A model generated the notes under the pieces. That model searched no databases, was not told the origin of the DNA, and saw only the letters and a program-made list of their open reading frames with translations. Below are positions 16,587 through 26,822 of a stretch of 64,000 bases of DNA, in pieces. The position numbers and the translations under genes are program-made. Each line of letters starts with the position of its first letter. The stretch's first letter is position 1. The DNA is from a virus: IMG/VR virus record IMGVR_UViG_3300034198_015460, positions 1 to 64,000 of that record. One strand, given 5' to 3'.

Positions 16587-18035
16587 TTAGATAGATAGCT
16601 CTACATTGTAGATCTTGTAGTTGAACTTCTCCTCGTTATAGATCTTTACTCTTTCCATGAAATGTAGTAAGGTAAAGTTCTTCTTTGTCTTCCAGCTCAG
16701 ATCATCAGCAATGTCAAATAGAGTAGATTCTGTCTTTGTTTCTGACTTTCTAAGTCCTCTACCGATAGACTGTAAGTTTCTAATCCTTGACTTTGATGGG
16801 CTAGAAAATATAATATTGTGAAGATTCCTAATATTGACTCCTGTAGAAAACGTGCCATAACTTGCAACAATAATAGCATTTTCTTCCTTTTCTACAATTT
16901 TTCGTATCTCTTCTCTTTCTTCACCAGAAACAGATCCAGAAACGAAAAATACCTTTCTATCCGGAGCTTCTGCTGCTATATTTTTATATAGTTCTTTTCC
17001 ATGTTTCTCAACAAACTGAAAAAGCAAAAGAGTATTGCCTTGTAAAGATAAAGCTAAGTTACGTATAAATTTGTTTCTAGCTTCTAATCTCACAAGAAAA
17101 TCAATTTCTGATTGAAAATCAGAATTGGAAATGGTTTTTCTCTCATGATCTGGATATTTTAAAACAATCGCTTTGATTTTAAAGTCTGCTAGATGTTTTT
17201 TCTCAATTAGTTCTGCCGTTGAGATTATTTTTCTAACAGGACCAAAAAGTCCTTCTAGAACCAATTTATGTGTTTGACTGCCATCTAAAGTTCCTGTGAA
17301 ACCGAATCTATATTGACAATCTTCTAGTTTTGTTAGAATATTTGTTAGAGATTTAGCTTTGAATAAATGAGCTTCGTCGCCAATTACTACATTAAACTGT
17401 TTGAAAAATTCTTTAGGCATTTTGTAAATTGACTGCCACGTAGAAATGGTAATTGGTTTAGTAGATAACTTGTCTTGTCCAGAATATATCCTATGCACCA
17501 AAGCATCAGAATTAAAACCATAATCAGCAAAATCGGAAGCCAACTGAGACACAAGAGAAGTAGTAGGAACAATAATGAGAGTACGTTCAGCATAATACCT
17601 CACGAGTAAATAGATAATGAATGATTTGCCAGAAGCGGTGGGTGAAAGTAATAAAGATCTTTTGTTTCTGACAGCGTGAATAAATGCGTCCATCTGATAG
17701 TCTCTTGGTTGCATTTTTGGATTTAGTGCCTTGATGAAATCTTCAGCTTCTTTTATTGAAAACTCTTCATCAGGAAATTCTGTCAAATATTCTACAACAT
17801 AATCTCTTTTTTTAGCAAATTCTTCAATATAACGATTTAAACCTGCATACAGTAAACAATTAAGGGGGCTTAAAAGTCTTAACTTACCATCCCAAAATTT
17901 GTTTCTATATGCAGGCATAAATTTTGCACCGGGAACGTCAAATGTAAAATATTCGCTAAGTTCCATTACAATTGAAGGTTCTGCAATGATTTTATTATAT
18001 ACTTCGTTTATTTTTTGTATTTGTATTATATCCAT
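16587..18035 (-). CDS. uvsW: UvsW DNA helicase
   Basis: SPTASGKS, DEAH and QSIGRGLR superfamily 2 motifs; FWDGKLRL N-terminus. Confidence 0.96.
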   Translation of the reverse strand: MDIIQIQKINEVYNKIIAEPSIVMELSEYFTFDVPGAKFMPAYRNKFWDGKLRLLSPLNCLLYAGLNRYIEEFAKKRDYVVEYLTEFPDEEFSIKEAEDFIKALNPKMQPRDYQMDAFIHAVRNKRSLLLSPTASGKSFIIYLLVRYYAERTLIIVPTTSLVSQLASDFADYGFNSDALVHRIYSGQDKLSTKPITISTWQSIYKMPKEFFKQFNVVIGDEAHLFKAKSLTNILTKLEDCQYRFGFTGTLDGSQTHKLVLEGLFGPVRKIISTAELIEKKHLADFKIKAIVLKYPDHERKTISNSDFQSEIDFLVRLEARNKFIRNLALSLQGNTLLLFQFVEKHGKELYKNIAAEAPDRKVFFVSGSVSGEEREEIRKIVEKEENAIIVASYGTFSTGVNIRNLHNIIFSSPSKSRIRNLQSIGRGLRKSETKTESTLFDIADDLSWKTKKNFTLLHFMERVKIYNEEKFNYKIYNVELSI

Positions 18036-18472
18036 TATCCACCATTAGTAAATTTTATGAAATCTATCGCTGCTCTGATATTATAACCTCTGTTATTCAA
18101 TGTTTTAATTATAGATTCTAATAATTCAATTTTTTCTTGTTGTATTCCTATTTTCAAAGATAATTCTATTATTTCTTTATCAGCTTCCATATACATGGGG
18201 ATATCTGCTTTTAATATCATCCCTTTGGCTGGCATTCTCCAACCCTTTGTTTTAGTTTCTTCGTTTGGTCCTTGTGTATAAAACTCGTATTTATCTAGTT
18301 TAAGAGATTTCATTTCGTTTTCTAGATTGCGTAATCTTACTCTTTCACCTACCAAAATTTGATAATATTTATGATGTAGTTTTGGAATTTTTAAAGATTC
18401 ATCAGCTAGTTCTGTTTTATCGATAAAGGAGTCTTTTTCCCATATTTGAAATATTTCTTCTGTTTTCATCAC
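18035..18472 (-). CDS. uvsY: UvsY recombination mediator
   Basis: W.KDS.ID..EL..ESLKIPKLH.KY...NRGYNI..AIDF.KF..G. Confidence 0.92.
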   Translation of the reverse strand: MMKTEEIFQIWEKDSFIDKTELADESLKIPKLHHKYYQILVGERVRLRNLENEMKSLKLDKYEFYTQGPNEETKTKGWRMPAKGMILKADIPMYMEADKEIIELSLKIGIQQEKIELLESIIKTLNNRGYNIRAAIDFIKFTNGG

Positions 18473-18498
18473 AACGTCCCCGATACATAATAATTGGA

Positions 18499-18527
18499 AT
18501 TATACTATATTTTAAGTATAAAGTAAA
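18499..18527 (-). promoter_or_regulatory. Early/middle promoter upstream of uvsY
   Basis: TTTACT-N17-TATAAT. Confidence 0.6.
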
Positions 18528-18528
18528 A

Positions 18529-19050
18529 TTAAATTTTGGTAATATCAAACAATGTATACTTAAATGTTGCTGACGCTTCTATGTAGTTTACAGACGAATC
18601 AGTAGTCAGAAATGTTAGCGCCGAAAGTGATATTGGAAAAGCGTCACGGTAAGTAATGTCGTAATTTGGTGTTTTGGTACTTGATAAAATCAATAATGAA
18701 ATATCTGAATATATTCCATCTCCAGTATATGGTTTTACATCTTGAATTGTCTTATATTCTTCGTATTTTTCTGGGAATCCTAGTGCTCTGATCCAGTTGT
18801 GTATTTCTAGATAATTTGTTAAATCTTCATCTACTTTGAATGTTATATCTAAAGAGCCATATGTTATATGATCGCCTGGGTATGGTAAATTAACAAAGGG
18901 ATTTGGTGTATCAACGTTTCTTAATTGAATTGATGGTATATTTACTTTTTGTATGAAAAAGTTGACATGAGGAGCTTTCTTAATTTGGAAACGAAAATTA
19001 AGCGGACTAAGAAAGTTTTTGTTTGATGGCGTATTGTCAATCGCAGACAT
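18529..19050 (-). CDS. 3: Tail completion / tube terminator gp3
   Basis: NFLSPLNFRF, F.VDEDLTNYLEIHNW and AFPISLS; late promoter at 19070-19077. Confidence 0.88.
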   Translation of the reverse strand: MSAIDNTPSNKNFLSPLNFRFQIKKAPHVNFFIQKVNIPSIQLRNVDTPNPFVNLPYPGDHITYGSLDITFKVDEDLTNYLEIHNWIRALGFPEKYEEYKTIQDVKPYTGDGIYSDISLLILSSTKTPNYDITYRDAFPISLSALTFLTTDSSVNYIEASATFKYTLFDITKI

Positions 19051-19069
19051 AGAGTTCCTCCATTTCAAC

Positions 19070-19077
19070 TATTTATA
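19070..19077 (-). promoter_or_regulatory. Late promoter for gene 3
   Basis: Exact TATAAATA. Confidence 0.75.
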
Positions 19078-19078
19078 T

Positions 19079-19107
19079 AAAAAAAGAGGGATCCGAAGAC
19101 CCCTCTT
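19079..19107 (-). terminator. UUCG terminator
   Basis: AAGAGGGGTC-TTCG-GATCCCTCTT followed by a U-tract. Confidence 0.85.
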
Positions 19108-19145
19108 AAAGTTTGCGGCTTGAAACCGTCTTATGTACTTTGCCT

Positions 19146-19757
19146 TCATTGCACAAGTTCAATAGTATTTAGTTCTTTTTGTTTTCTAAACTCTTCCCAT
19201 CTTTTTTTAGATGCAGCAGAAACAGCCAATTTTCTTTTGTTATTGGGATCCGACCATTGTTCTTTCATACGTTTAGAATTTTCTTGTTTCCATTCAGCTG
19301 TATGTGGAGCCTTTTTAATTCCTGTAAGAGCAGCTTTATGTTCTTCGGTTAGAGCTTTACCTTTTTTAGCAGCAGAAATCGCTGATCCTCGGCTTGGTGG
19401 TGCTGGAACGCTTTTACCTTTTTTAGAGAATGATATTTTTTGACCAATAGTTTTTACGGATTCTGGGTAAGCATGCCAAGCTGTTGTATTTGATTTATTT
19501 AAGTTATAATAACGTAATTTTATTTCTTCTGGCTTTATCATGTCTAAATAACGCTGTTCTTCTTCGTACATATTAATTCTAGATAAATTTGTTTTTAATA
19601 TACGTCTTTTAAAATCTTCTGACCTAATTCTCCACGCTTGTTTCATCCAAGAAGAACTACATATATATCCATCTTCAACAGTTCCCCAATGACAACCGAT
19701 ATAATATCTTTTATGTTTACGATCAAACCAAAGATAAACAAATCCGTATTTTTCCAT
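19146..19757 (-). mobile_element. Seg-like GIY-YIG homing endonuclease downstream of gene 23
   Basis: YGFVYLWFDRKHKRYYIGCHWG..DGYICSS, YYNL and NUMOD3-like repeats; GGAGG RBS. Confidence 0.88.
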
Positions 19758-19771
19758 ATTAACCTCCAAAG

Positions 19772-19796
19772 AAAAAGCCAGGAGTTTCCCCCTGAC
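19772..19796 (-). terminator. Terminator after gene 23
   Basis: GTCAGGGG-GAAA-CTCCTGGC-TTTTT. Confidence 0.75.
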
Positions 19797-19841
19797 TTTA
19801 TTTAGTAAAGTTATTATGAATAACTTAATAAAATATATATT

Positions 19842-21200
19842 TTACATCAAATTATTAACAATTACGCGACGGTAATAAACGTTTGTTGATGTTGTCAACG
19901 CACCTTGTGTGGTAGCAGCAGAACCATCGGCGAATGGATTTGATACCATACCATAACGTGTCTTGAAGCCAATTTTTGGTTGGAAGCTAGACTGATCAAC
20001 GGCGCGCACCATTTGTAGTGGTACATATGGGCAGTAGAACAAACCAGCATCAAAAGAAGAAGAGCCTTTGTAACCAACTGTTAGATAGTTACCACCGATA
20101 GCATATGGATCGATGTAAACTTTTAGACGACCATTTAGAACACCAGCAAATGTATTACCAGTATCGTCAACTTCAAGTTTGTTGCTGTTTAGAGCAGGAG
20201 CGTAGTCAAGAACACCAGCCATTTGAAGAGCAGAAGCTACGTCAGAAGAGCAGATAACAATGTTACCCTTACCTCTACGAGTTTCACGAGCAATTTTATT
20301 AGCTTCACGTTCTAGTTGGAACATAAGACCTTTGAATTTTTCAACTGACCAACGACCATTGGAGTCAGTGTCAAGGTCGAATACGCCAGCAGTTGTTGTA
20401 TTATCTTGAGCACCGGCTTTAGCTGTGATGTTGATTGTACGAACCACTTCACGATTGATTTCAGATAGAATTTCAGCAGAAAGAATGTTAGCTAGTTCGG
20501 TTTCAGCATCTAGACCATGAATTGCTTTTAGGTCTTGTGCTAGTTCCATGGTGTATTCGGCTTTTAGAGCACGAGATTGAGCAGTTACTGTAACTTTCTC
20601 AATTGAGAATGCCATCTGTGCGAAAGCTGAGTTTGAATCTGTGCCAAGGGCTTCAGCTTGTGCTGTTGACATACCAAAAGCAGTGTTATAGTTGGCTGTA
20701 TTAACAAGTGGTGTTGTATTTGTTTGACCAGGGATACCGGCACCTGCTGTAAAGCTTTCACCAAAAGTAGAGTTACCAGCTCTAACAGAGGAGAATGCTG
20801 TATTAACTTCGTCGTAAAATGTTTCTGATCCGGAGTTGTTACCATAGCGTGAACGCATGGCAAAGATCAATCCTGTTGGACCGGTCATTGGTTGAACGCC
20901 ACAAATATCATAGGCAATCAAGTTTGGCATTGCGCGACGAACCAATGAAATCAACACTGGATCGAATGTGTCAATGTTTGAAGAACCACCAGAAGCTTGA
21001 ATAGCGTTAACTGGAATTACAGAAGAAGTTTCTGTAATTGTTTGATATTGGCCATGAGAAGCAGCTTCGGTCAAAGCTTTTTCTGTGTTTTCGAGAACAA
21101 TCGCTGTAACAGAACGGCGATGTTGATCTTTAATTGATCCTAGGGCATCATGATCAAGAATTGGTGCCCACTTTTTTTGAATTTCCTCAGCTAGATACAT
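19842..21200 (-). CDS. 23: Major capsid protein gp23
   Basis: DPVLISLVRRAMPNLIAYDICGVQPMTGPTGLIFAMR, SRALKAEYT and FQPKIGFKTRYG. Confidence 0.99.
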   Translation of the reverse strand: MYLAEEIQKKWAPILDHDALGSIKDQHRRSVTAIVLENTEKALTEAASHGQYQTITETSSVIPVNAIQASGGSSNIDTFDPVLISLVRRAMPNLIAYDICGVQPMTGPTGLIFAMRSRYGNNSGSETFYDEVNTAFSSVRAGNSTFGESFTAGAGIPGQTNTTPLVNTANYNTAFGMSTAQAEALGTDSNSAFAQMAFSIEKVTVTAQSRALKAEYTMELAQDLKAIHGLDAETELANILSAEILSEINREVVRTINITAKAGAQDNTTTAGVFDLDTDSNGRWSVEKFKGLMFQLEREANKIARETRRGKGNIVICSSDVASALQMAGVLDYAPALNSNKLEVDDTGNTFAGVLNGRLKVYIDPYAIGGNYLTVGYKGSSSFDAGLFYCPYVPLQMVRAVDQSSFQPKIGFKTRYGMVSNPFADGSAATTQGALTTSTNVYYRRVIVNNLM

Positions 21201-21236
21201 TTAATTTCCCTTTCTAATTTTCTTTGGGTTTAGGTA

Positions 21237-21244
21237 TATTTATA
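21237..21244 (-). promoter_or_regulatory. Late promoter for gene 23
   Basis: Exact TATAAATA. Confidence 0.8.
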
Positions 21245-21249
21245 AAAAA

Positions 21250-22500
21250 CTAAACTTTAACGGTTCTTGAAATTGCTTGTAGATAACGATTTACTTGTGG
21301 ATCGACATTCTCAACATTATTGTTGATTTGGCCTTCAAAAGTTTCTTCGTTAATATTTGAAGAGCGTGTTGTTGATTCGCCCTTGAAATAATTTTCTTTT
21401 ACAATTTTCAATTTTTTCTCGTATGTTTCAAGATTGCCATCAAAATCAATGCCTTCAACAAGAGCTAAAAACTTCTCTTTTTGTGTTAGTGCAAGATCAG
21501 CTGACACGGACTCAAATACATCTCGCATTTGAGCTTCGTATACAACAGATTTTAGCTCATTATTTTCAGTAATTGATTCGTCAAGTTTTTGTTCTAATTC
21601 TTCAACTTTTGAAGCCATGGCTTCTAGAACATCAACTTTTGTTTGTGGAACATTGATATAATGTTCTGTAAACAAACCTTTTAGGCCATCAATAAACTCT
21701 TCCATGAGTTCGTTACGTAGAGTAGATTCGATGGCGACTTCGTTTTCTTTCATCCAGTTTTCAACAACATAGTCTAGATAAGCATCTAGTTTTGTTGTCA
21801 ATTGTTCTGTTAGATCGGAAACTTGTTCTTGCAATTCTTGTTCAAATTGTTCTTGAAGAGAAGCAACTTCTAAAGTTATACGAGCATTTACTGCTGCTTC
21901 AAAAATTGTTGAAGCTTTTTCTTTGAAGTCTTCAGAAAGTTCTTGGCCGTTGAACATTTCTTCAACATCTTCTTTGACATTAATTTTTGGCATTGGCATT
22001 TTTGTTTTTGGACCTTTAGAAGCAACAGCAGCAGAAGCATTCATATCAATTGAAGAAGCGTTTTGTGCTGATTTATCAGTAGCTCCTGGCATTTTATTGG
22101 GGCCAAATTGAGCAATAGTTGCACGGAAATGATTGAGGTCAGTTGTATTCATTGAAGCCATCATATTAACAACATTTTTCATCGTTGAAGCACGAGATTC
22201 AGCAGGAATTTTTACATCAGCAGTTTTGTGTGCTTTGATGCTGGAGGCAGCAATGGTTTCTTCTTCCATTTTCTTTTTCTTCATGGAACTTTTACCACCT
22301 TCTTCCTCTTCTTCCTCTTCACCTTTTCCTTTTCTATCATCGTCTTCAGTATCGCCATCATCGTCATCATCTTCTTTTCCGTCATCGTCATCGTCTTTCT
22401 TTGAAGATTCTTCCTCTTCTTCTTCACGGCGACGACGAGCTTCTTGTAGAGAAATCTTGAAAATATCTTCAAGTTCTGATTGTTCTTTTCTTTCAGTCAT
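21250..22500 (-). CDS. 22: Prohead core scaffold gp22
   Basis: LSEDFKEKASTIFEAAV, LDAYLDYVVENWM.EN and KENYF; late promoter at 22532-22539. Confidence 0.93.
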   Translation of the reverse strand: MTERKEQSELEDIFKISLQEARRRREEEEEESSKKDDDDDGKEDDDDDGDTEDDDRKGKGEEEEEEEGGKSSMKKKKMEEETIAASSIKAHKTADVKIPAESRASTMKNVVNMMASMNTTDLNHFRATIAQFGPNKMPGATDKSAQNASSIDMNASAAVASKGPKTKMPMPKINVKEDVEEMFNGQELSEDFKEKASTIFEAAVNARITLEVASLQEQFEQELQEQVSDLTEQLTTKLDAYLDYVVENWMKENEVAIESTLRNELMEEFIDGLKGLFTEHYINVPQTKVDVLEAMASKVEELEQKLDESITENNELKSVVYEAQMRDVFESVSADLALTQKEKFLALVEGIDFDGNLETYEKKLKIVKENYFKGESTTRSSNINEETFEGQINNNVENVDPQVNRYLQAISRTVKV

Positions 22501-22543
22501 TGTAGGGTTTCCCTTTGTTAGATTTTAAAAATATTTATATCAA

Positions 22544-23209
22544 TTAAAATTTTACTGTAAGAGAAGCAATATAATTCTCAAACAACGCAAGACTGTTTTC
22601 CTCTAATTGACGAGTACTCATTTTTCTCATGCCTTTTTTCATATTATCAAGTTTCTCTTCATGCCATGTATGTTTGACTGGATCATAAATCCACTCTACG
22701 TTTTCCATAATTCCTTGAACAAAAGCTCCTGGAGCGGATGGATCAGCAACAATATCAGCAGCAGTTGCTAAACGAAAATCGTCTTTGACCATCATTCCTC
22801 TTGCAGTTTCTTGTAATGTTCCAAGACCTCTTGAAGAAACACCTAAATTTGCACCAGATTCTAGAAGACCTCTAGCAATATTGCCCATTGGTGTTTCTGT
22901 AATTACTGCTTTACCAACAAAAACATTTCCATCTCTTTTTAATTCTTTGATGATATGTGAAACACGATCAAGATTAATTTGTGGACCTGATGGATGGCCC
23001 AATTCACCATAAGCTCTGTTTTCTTTGATAACTTCTTTTACATATCTATTAACTTCTGATTCCAAAACAGAAATGGGATAAACTCTACCATTTTTGTTTT
23101 TTTGTTCAGCAACAAGAAATGTTCCTTGAATATAATGTTTTTTATTACCGTTTTCTGTTGCTTCGGTAATATACTCTACTGATTCTATTTCTTCTCTAAT
23201 AAGTTTCAT
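22544..23209 (-). CDS. 21: Prohead protease gp21
   Basis: N.NGRVYP, GELGHP, LDRVSH, GVSSRG.G and ADIVADPSAP. Confidence 0.97.
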   Translation of the reverse strand: MKLIREEIESVEYITEATENGNKKHYIQGTFLVAEQKNKNGRVYPISVLESEVNRYVKEVIKENRAYGELGHPSGPQINLDRVSHIIKELKRDGNVFVGKAVITETPMGNIARGLLESGANLGVSSRGLGTLQETARGMMVKDDFRLATAADIVADPSAPGAFVQGIMENVEWIYDPVKHTWHEEKLDNMKKGMRKMSTRQLEENSLALFENYIASLTVKF

Positions 23210-23210
23210 A

Positions 23211-23453
23211 TTAGTGCCTATAAGCTACAGGAGCAGCTTTCATATTTGCTCCGGTTAAAAGATCGGTTGTGGTTTTTTGTAAAATCACACTTTCTGTGTT
23301 TGAAATAGAAACATTTGCATAAACAGTGCCATTTGAATAAGCAATATTTGCTGTAGCAAGAGCACCAGTATTGATTATTCTTACCAAACCAGAATTAGCA
23401 ACATTATTAGCGGTGGCGATTGATACTTCTGCACCAAGAACTTTAATTATCAT
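23211..23453 (-). CDS. Small virion protein
   Basis: 80-aa ORF between the core genes and gene 21. Confidence 0.65.
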   Translation of the reverse strand: MIIKVLGAEVSIATANNVANSGLVRIINTGALATANIAYSNGTVYANVSISNTESVILQKTTTDLLTGANMKAAPVAYRH

Positions 23454-24150
23454 AGTATTGCTCCTCTACTTGGCATATCACCTATATTTCCACTGGGATA
23501 ACTTAGATTCATTGGGCTGTCTGGTCCTGATTCTTTTTCAGATCTTTTTTTTTATTCTTCTTGCCATCTTCAAGCATCGGCATGGCCAAATCTTCTTCCA
23601 TTTTTTTAGATTTTTCAGGATGCATGCCATAATATGCACCAAGAGCCATGCGTTTACGTTCTTCTTTAGATTTACCAGCAAACTTTGGGTCTTTTGAATG
23701 AATGAAATCAGAAATGACTTCTCCAGCAGATGTTTTTTTGGTTAATACTTCTTGAAGTTTTTTCTTTCCACCAAAAAGCATGCCCTTTTTTCCGGGCTTT
23801 GCTTCTTTGGCGCTACAAACACAAAGAGATTCACCACATGTTTCACACTTCATTTGCTTGGCTTCATAGACATTTTTAGATTGTCTAGGATATTTTGCTA
23901 CTTTTGTGCCGCCCTTATAAGGAAATTCTGTGTTTCCGGCGCGGTCAGCAAATTCTGCTGTTTTATGTATTTTAACAAAATCTTGTTCATCTTTTGACTT
24001 GGGCATGTAATCAACATAGGGATCAGAGCCTGTTGAACCGGGTCTAACAGTTGATTTATTTGAACCTTCTAGTTCCTTTTTATACATAACAAATTTATTG
24101 TCTGTTTGACCGGGTGTGGCTTTTACAATATCCCTTAGAGATTTTGACAT
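23450..24150 (-). CDS. Prohead core/internal protein (gp68 position), probable -1 frameshift at A9
   Basis: Contains ISDF.HS.DPKF.GKSKEER..MALGAYY. The zero frame stops at 23509; the -1 frame runs to a TGA at 23450 overlapping the next ATG. Confidence 0.6.
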
Positions 24151-24154
24151 TTGT

Positions 24155-24331
24155 TTATTCCTCTGATGAATCTTCTAGACCATTAAACATCGATTTTGCG
24201 ATTTCAATTTTTTTATTTTCAACTGCTGAAGATAATCTATCAATAATCAAATCGTTGAAAATATGAGAAAAATCGCTTGGTTTTTGTTCTAATGTTGCGG
24301 AAATTAATCCTTCAATATCATATTTATCCAT
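24155..24331 (-). CDS. gp67-like small prohead core protein (58 aa)
   Basis: MDKYDIEGLISATLEQKPSDFSHIF..KKIEIAKSMF immediately after the portal gene, with a GAGG RBS. Confidence 0.7.
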   Translation of the reverse strand: MDKYDIEGLISATLEQKPSDFSHIFNDLIIDRLSSAVENKKIEIAKSMFNGLEDSSEE

Positions 24332-24340
24332 TTTTACCTC

Positions 24341-26158
24341 TTATTGTGTCATGCCTAATTGAGCCGCCAAATCTCTATTTTTTGCTAGAATTTGCACTGC
24401 TGCTTTATATTTTGATTGATCTTGAATTGAACGACCAGCTGGAGTTGTGCCTTTCAGCTTGTCAACAATCATTTTTGCGTTTCTAATTTCTTGCATTTTT
24501 TGTTGCATTTGTGGATCTTGTGTTGCTCCAACATTAGGATCAATAGGAGCGCCGCCTTGTTGCTGTGGCTGTGCATTTTGCTGCGCCATTTGTTGATTTT
24601 GTTGGACCATAGATTGAGTCTGCAATTCCATTTGCAAATTTTGATCTATTGCTGGATTAATCCATCTAGGATCATCAGAACTCTTTTCTTTTTGAATTTG
24701 AGAATCCATGGTCTTCATATCATCGTCAGTTTGACGAAGGATATTTCTTCTGACCCATTCGTGTGAATAATATTTACCAGTAAAGTTTTGATAAGAACCT
24801 GCCAAAGAAAGTCTATTGTTATATATTTCGGCATTTTTCAGTTCTGTGAAATAATTATCTCTAGCATAATCAAACTTTATATCTTGTCTGATTTGTTCCC
24901 AATCTTCTAATGTCATAATTCCTTTTAGAACAAGCTGTTTTTCTAACATTTTAATGAAAAGATCGGAAAATTTTGTTCTAAGACGAATAATGAAACGAGC
25001 AAATTTTAGTTCGTCTCTAGTAATTTCTGTTGCTCTACCAATAGAAAATACTGCATCACTATTTAAACGACTAACAGGAACATTTAGTGTTTGAAGAAAT
25101 TTCTTTTGAAAATATAAAACGTCGTCCATTTGACCAAGAGTTTGACCACCAGGTAGTGTTGTTACTTCTGTACCACGACCACCTTCTCTTCTTGGAAGCC
25201 AATAATCTTCCAACATAGTCATAAATTTACGATCGTCTCTGATCTCACCACTTTGTGCATCATAGATTAAACGGTTTTTGTGTTTGACCATAATATCACG
25301 AACGTATTGTTCAGCTTTCATTTTTGGGAGATTACCAACATCAATATACCAAATTCTACGTTCTGGCGCTCTTGCTAAACGATAGATAACCAATGAGTCT
25401 TCAAGAGTTCTTAATTGATTTAGTGCTTTAATTGCTTTGTGAAGATAAGAAAGAACCATAGTTCCTTGATTATCTGTCAATCCAGAAGTAACGTGGACAA
25501 TAGAATCTTTTGCAATTTTCAATCCAGCAGTTGTTGGCCCAGTAACTTTATTACCGTAATTAAATCCTTTATCATTAAAAATAAAATATTCATTTACAGT
25601 TTTAGTAGTAACTGCATCCATGGGATTTCCGTGTTGAATACGTTTCCTAGTTATTTCTCTTACTTTACGAATTTTTCTAGGATCAATATATCTAACGTCT
25701 TTAATGCCTTCTTTGGGAGAATTTTCATCTATAACTGCATGATAATAAAGTCTTCCGTCTACATACCAACGTCTATAGATATCGTAAGCGTGTCTTTTAA
25801 AATCTAATAATTGTAAACAAGTTTGAAATTCTGTTTTAATTGCGTTCTTTATATTTTCCGAAACTTTTAAATCTTCTAAATTTATGTTAATTACATCTTC
25901 TTCATCAATAGAAATTGATTCGTTTACTATTTCTTCAACAGCAGAATCACATTCTGGATGAAGAGACATTTCTCTATATTTTGTGACTAATTCTGCTTCA
26001 GTTCTTACAGTGCCGTCTAAATCAACATATGTTCCAAAGGAACCACCAGCAGCAATAACAACTGCGCCATCATCAGTTTCCTTTTGAGAAAAAGAAGGAA
26101 GCTGTGATGTATCTTCTTTAGATTTTCTTTTAAACTCAAAACCAAAAAGTTCTGCCAT
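24341..26158 (-). CDS. 20: Portal protein gp20
   Basis: RRWYVDGR, LSYLHKAIK.LNQLR.LED.LVIYR..RAPERR and EDYWLPRREGGRGTE. Confidence 0.98.
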   Translation of the reverse strand: MAELFGFEFKRKSKEDTSQLPSFSQKETDDGAVVIAAGGSFGTYVDLDGTVRTEAELVTKYREMSLHPECDSAVEEIVNESISIDEEDVININLEDLKVSENIKNAIKTEFQTCLQLLDFKRHAYDIYRRWYVDGRLYYHAVIDENSPKEGIKDVRYIDPRKIRKVREITRKRIQHGNPMDAVTTKTVNEYFIFNDKGFNYGNKVTGPTTAGLKIAKDSIVHVTSGLTDNQGTMVLSYLHKAIKALNQLRTLEDSLVIYRLARAPERRIWYIDVGNLPKMKAEQYVRDIMVKHKNRLIYDAQSGEIRDDRKFMTMLEDYWLPRREGGRGTEVTTLPGGQTLGQMDDVLYFQKKFLQTLNVPVSRLNSDAVFSIGRATEITRDELKFARFIIRLRTKFSDLFIKMLEKQLVLKGIMTLEDWEQIRQDIKFDYARDNYFTELKNAEIYNNRLSLAGSYQNFTGKYYSHEWVRRNILRQTDDDMKTMDSQIQKEKSSDDPRWINPAIDQNLQMELQTQSMVQQNQQMAQQNAQPQQQGGAPIDPNVGATQDPQMQQKMQEIRNAKMIVDKLKGTTPAGRSIQDQSKYKAAVQILAKNRDLAAQLGMTQ

Positions 26159-26168
26159 TTAGATCTCC

Positions 26169-26193
26169 AAAATTGGGGAGAAAATCTCCCCAA
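26169..26193 (-). terminator. Terminator after gene 19
   Basis: TTGGGGAGA-TTT-TCTCCCCAA followed by TTTT. Confidence 0.7.
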
Positions 26194-26210
26194 ATTCATC
26201 AAATATTATA

Positions 26211-26822
26211 TTAAGGACCTTGTGGGCCATCGATAAGTGCTGCTGCGCCATAAACATTAGTACCACCAGCTAGTTTATCTGAAGTTTCTACTGTTGGAAT
26301 CCAGTAATCATATGAGAAATTGACAGGGAACATTTCAATAGAATTTTGAGAACCCCAGTCTAAAGCAATTGCACCAACTTCTGTTGGGAAAGCCCCAACA
26401 ATTTGATATGCTCTTAAGATAGATCCATCTTTTGAATATTGGATTACATCTAGATCTGTTTTATATTGTTCTGCTGAGATGTTTGGATCACGAACGTTTG
26501 AGACTAGACGATTTAAAGCATTTGACCAAGATTCAAACATTGATCTGACAGAAAAATCTTCGTCGTTCATAACGCTTACGTTCCAATCAGCAAATGTTCT
26601 ATCGCCAGCAAGCTTTATTTGTCTTCCAAAATAAGGCACGGCAAAGTTTCCAACTGAAGAAGCTGGTAAAGCTGCTGATTGGCAAACAAAACTGAATTTA
26701 CTGACTGATGTTGTTGAGATACCAATATTCTGTGGAACAGATAGAACAACATTAAATAGTGATGGTCTAGCGCCACCATAAACAAGAGCGTTTTGTTTAA
26801 AACTATTAATATTAAAAGGCAT
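26211..26822 (-). CDS. 19: Tail tube protein gp19
   Basis: GGARPSLF, GRQIKLAGDRTF.DW..NDEDF and FP.....I.LDW. Confidence 0.96.
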   Translation of the reverse strand: MPFNINSFKQNALVYGGARPSLFNVVLSVPQNIGISTTSVSKFSFVCQSAALPASSVGNFAVPYFGRQIKLAGDRTFADWNVSVMNDEDFSVRSMFESWSNALNRLVSNVRDPNISAEQYKTDLDVIQYSKDGSILRAYQIVGAFPTEVGAIALDWGSQNSIEMFPVNFSYDYWIPTVETSDKLAGGTNVYGAAALIDGPQGP

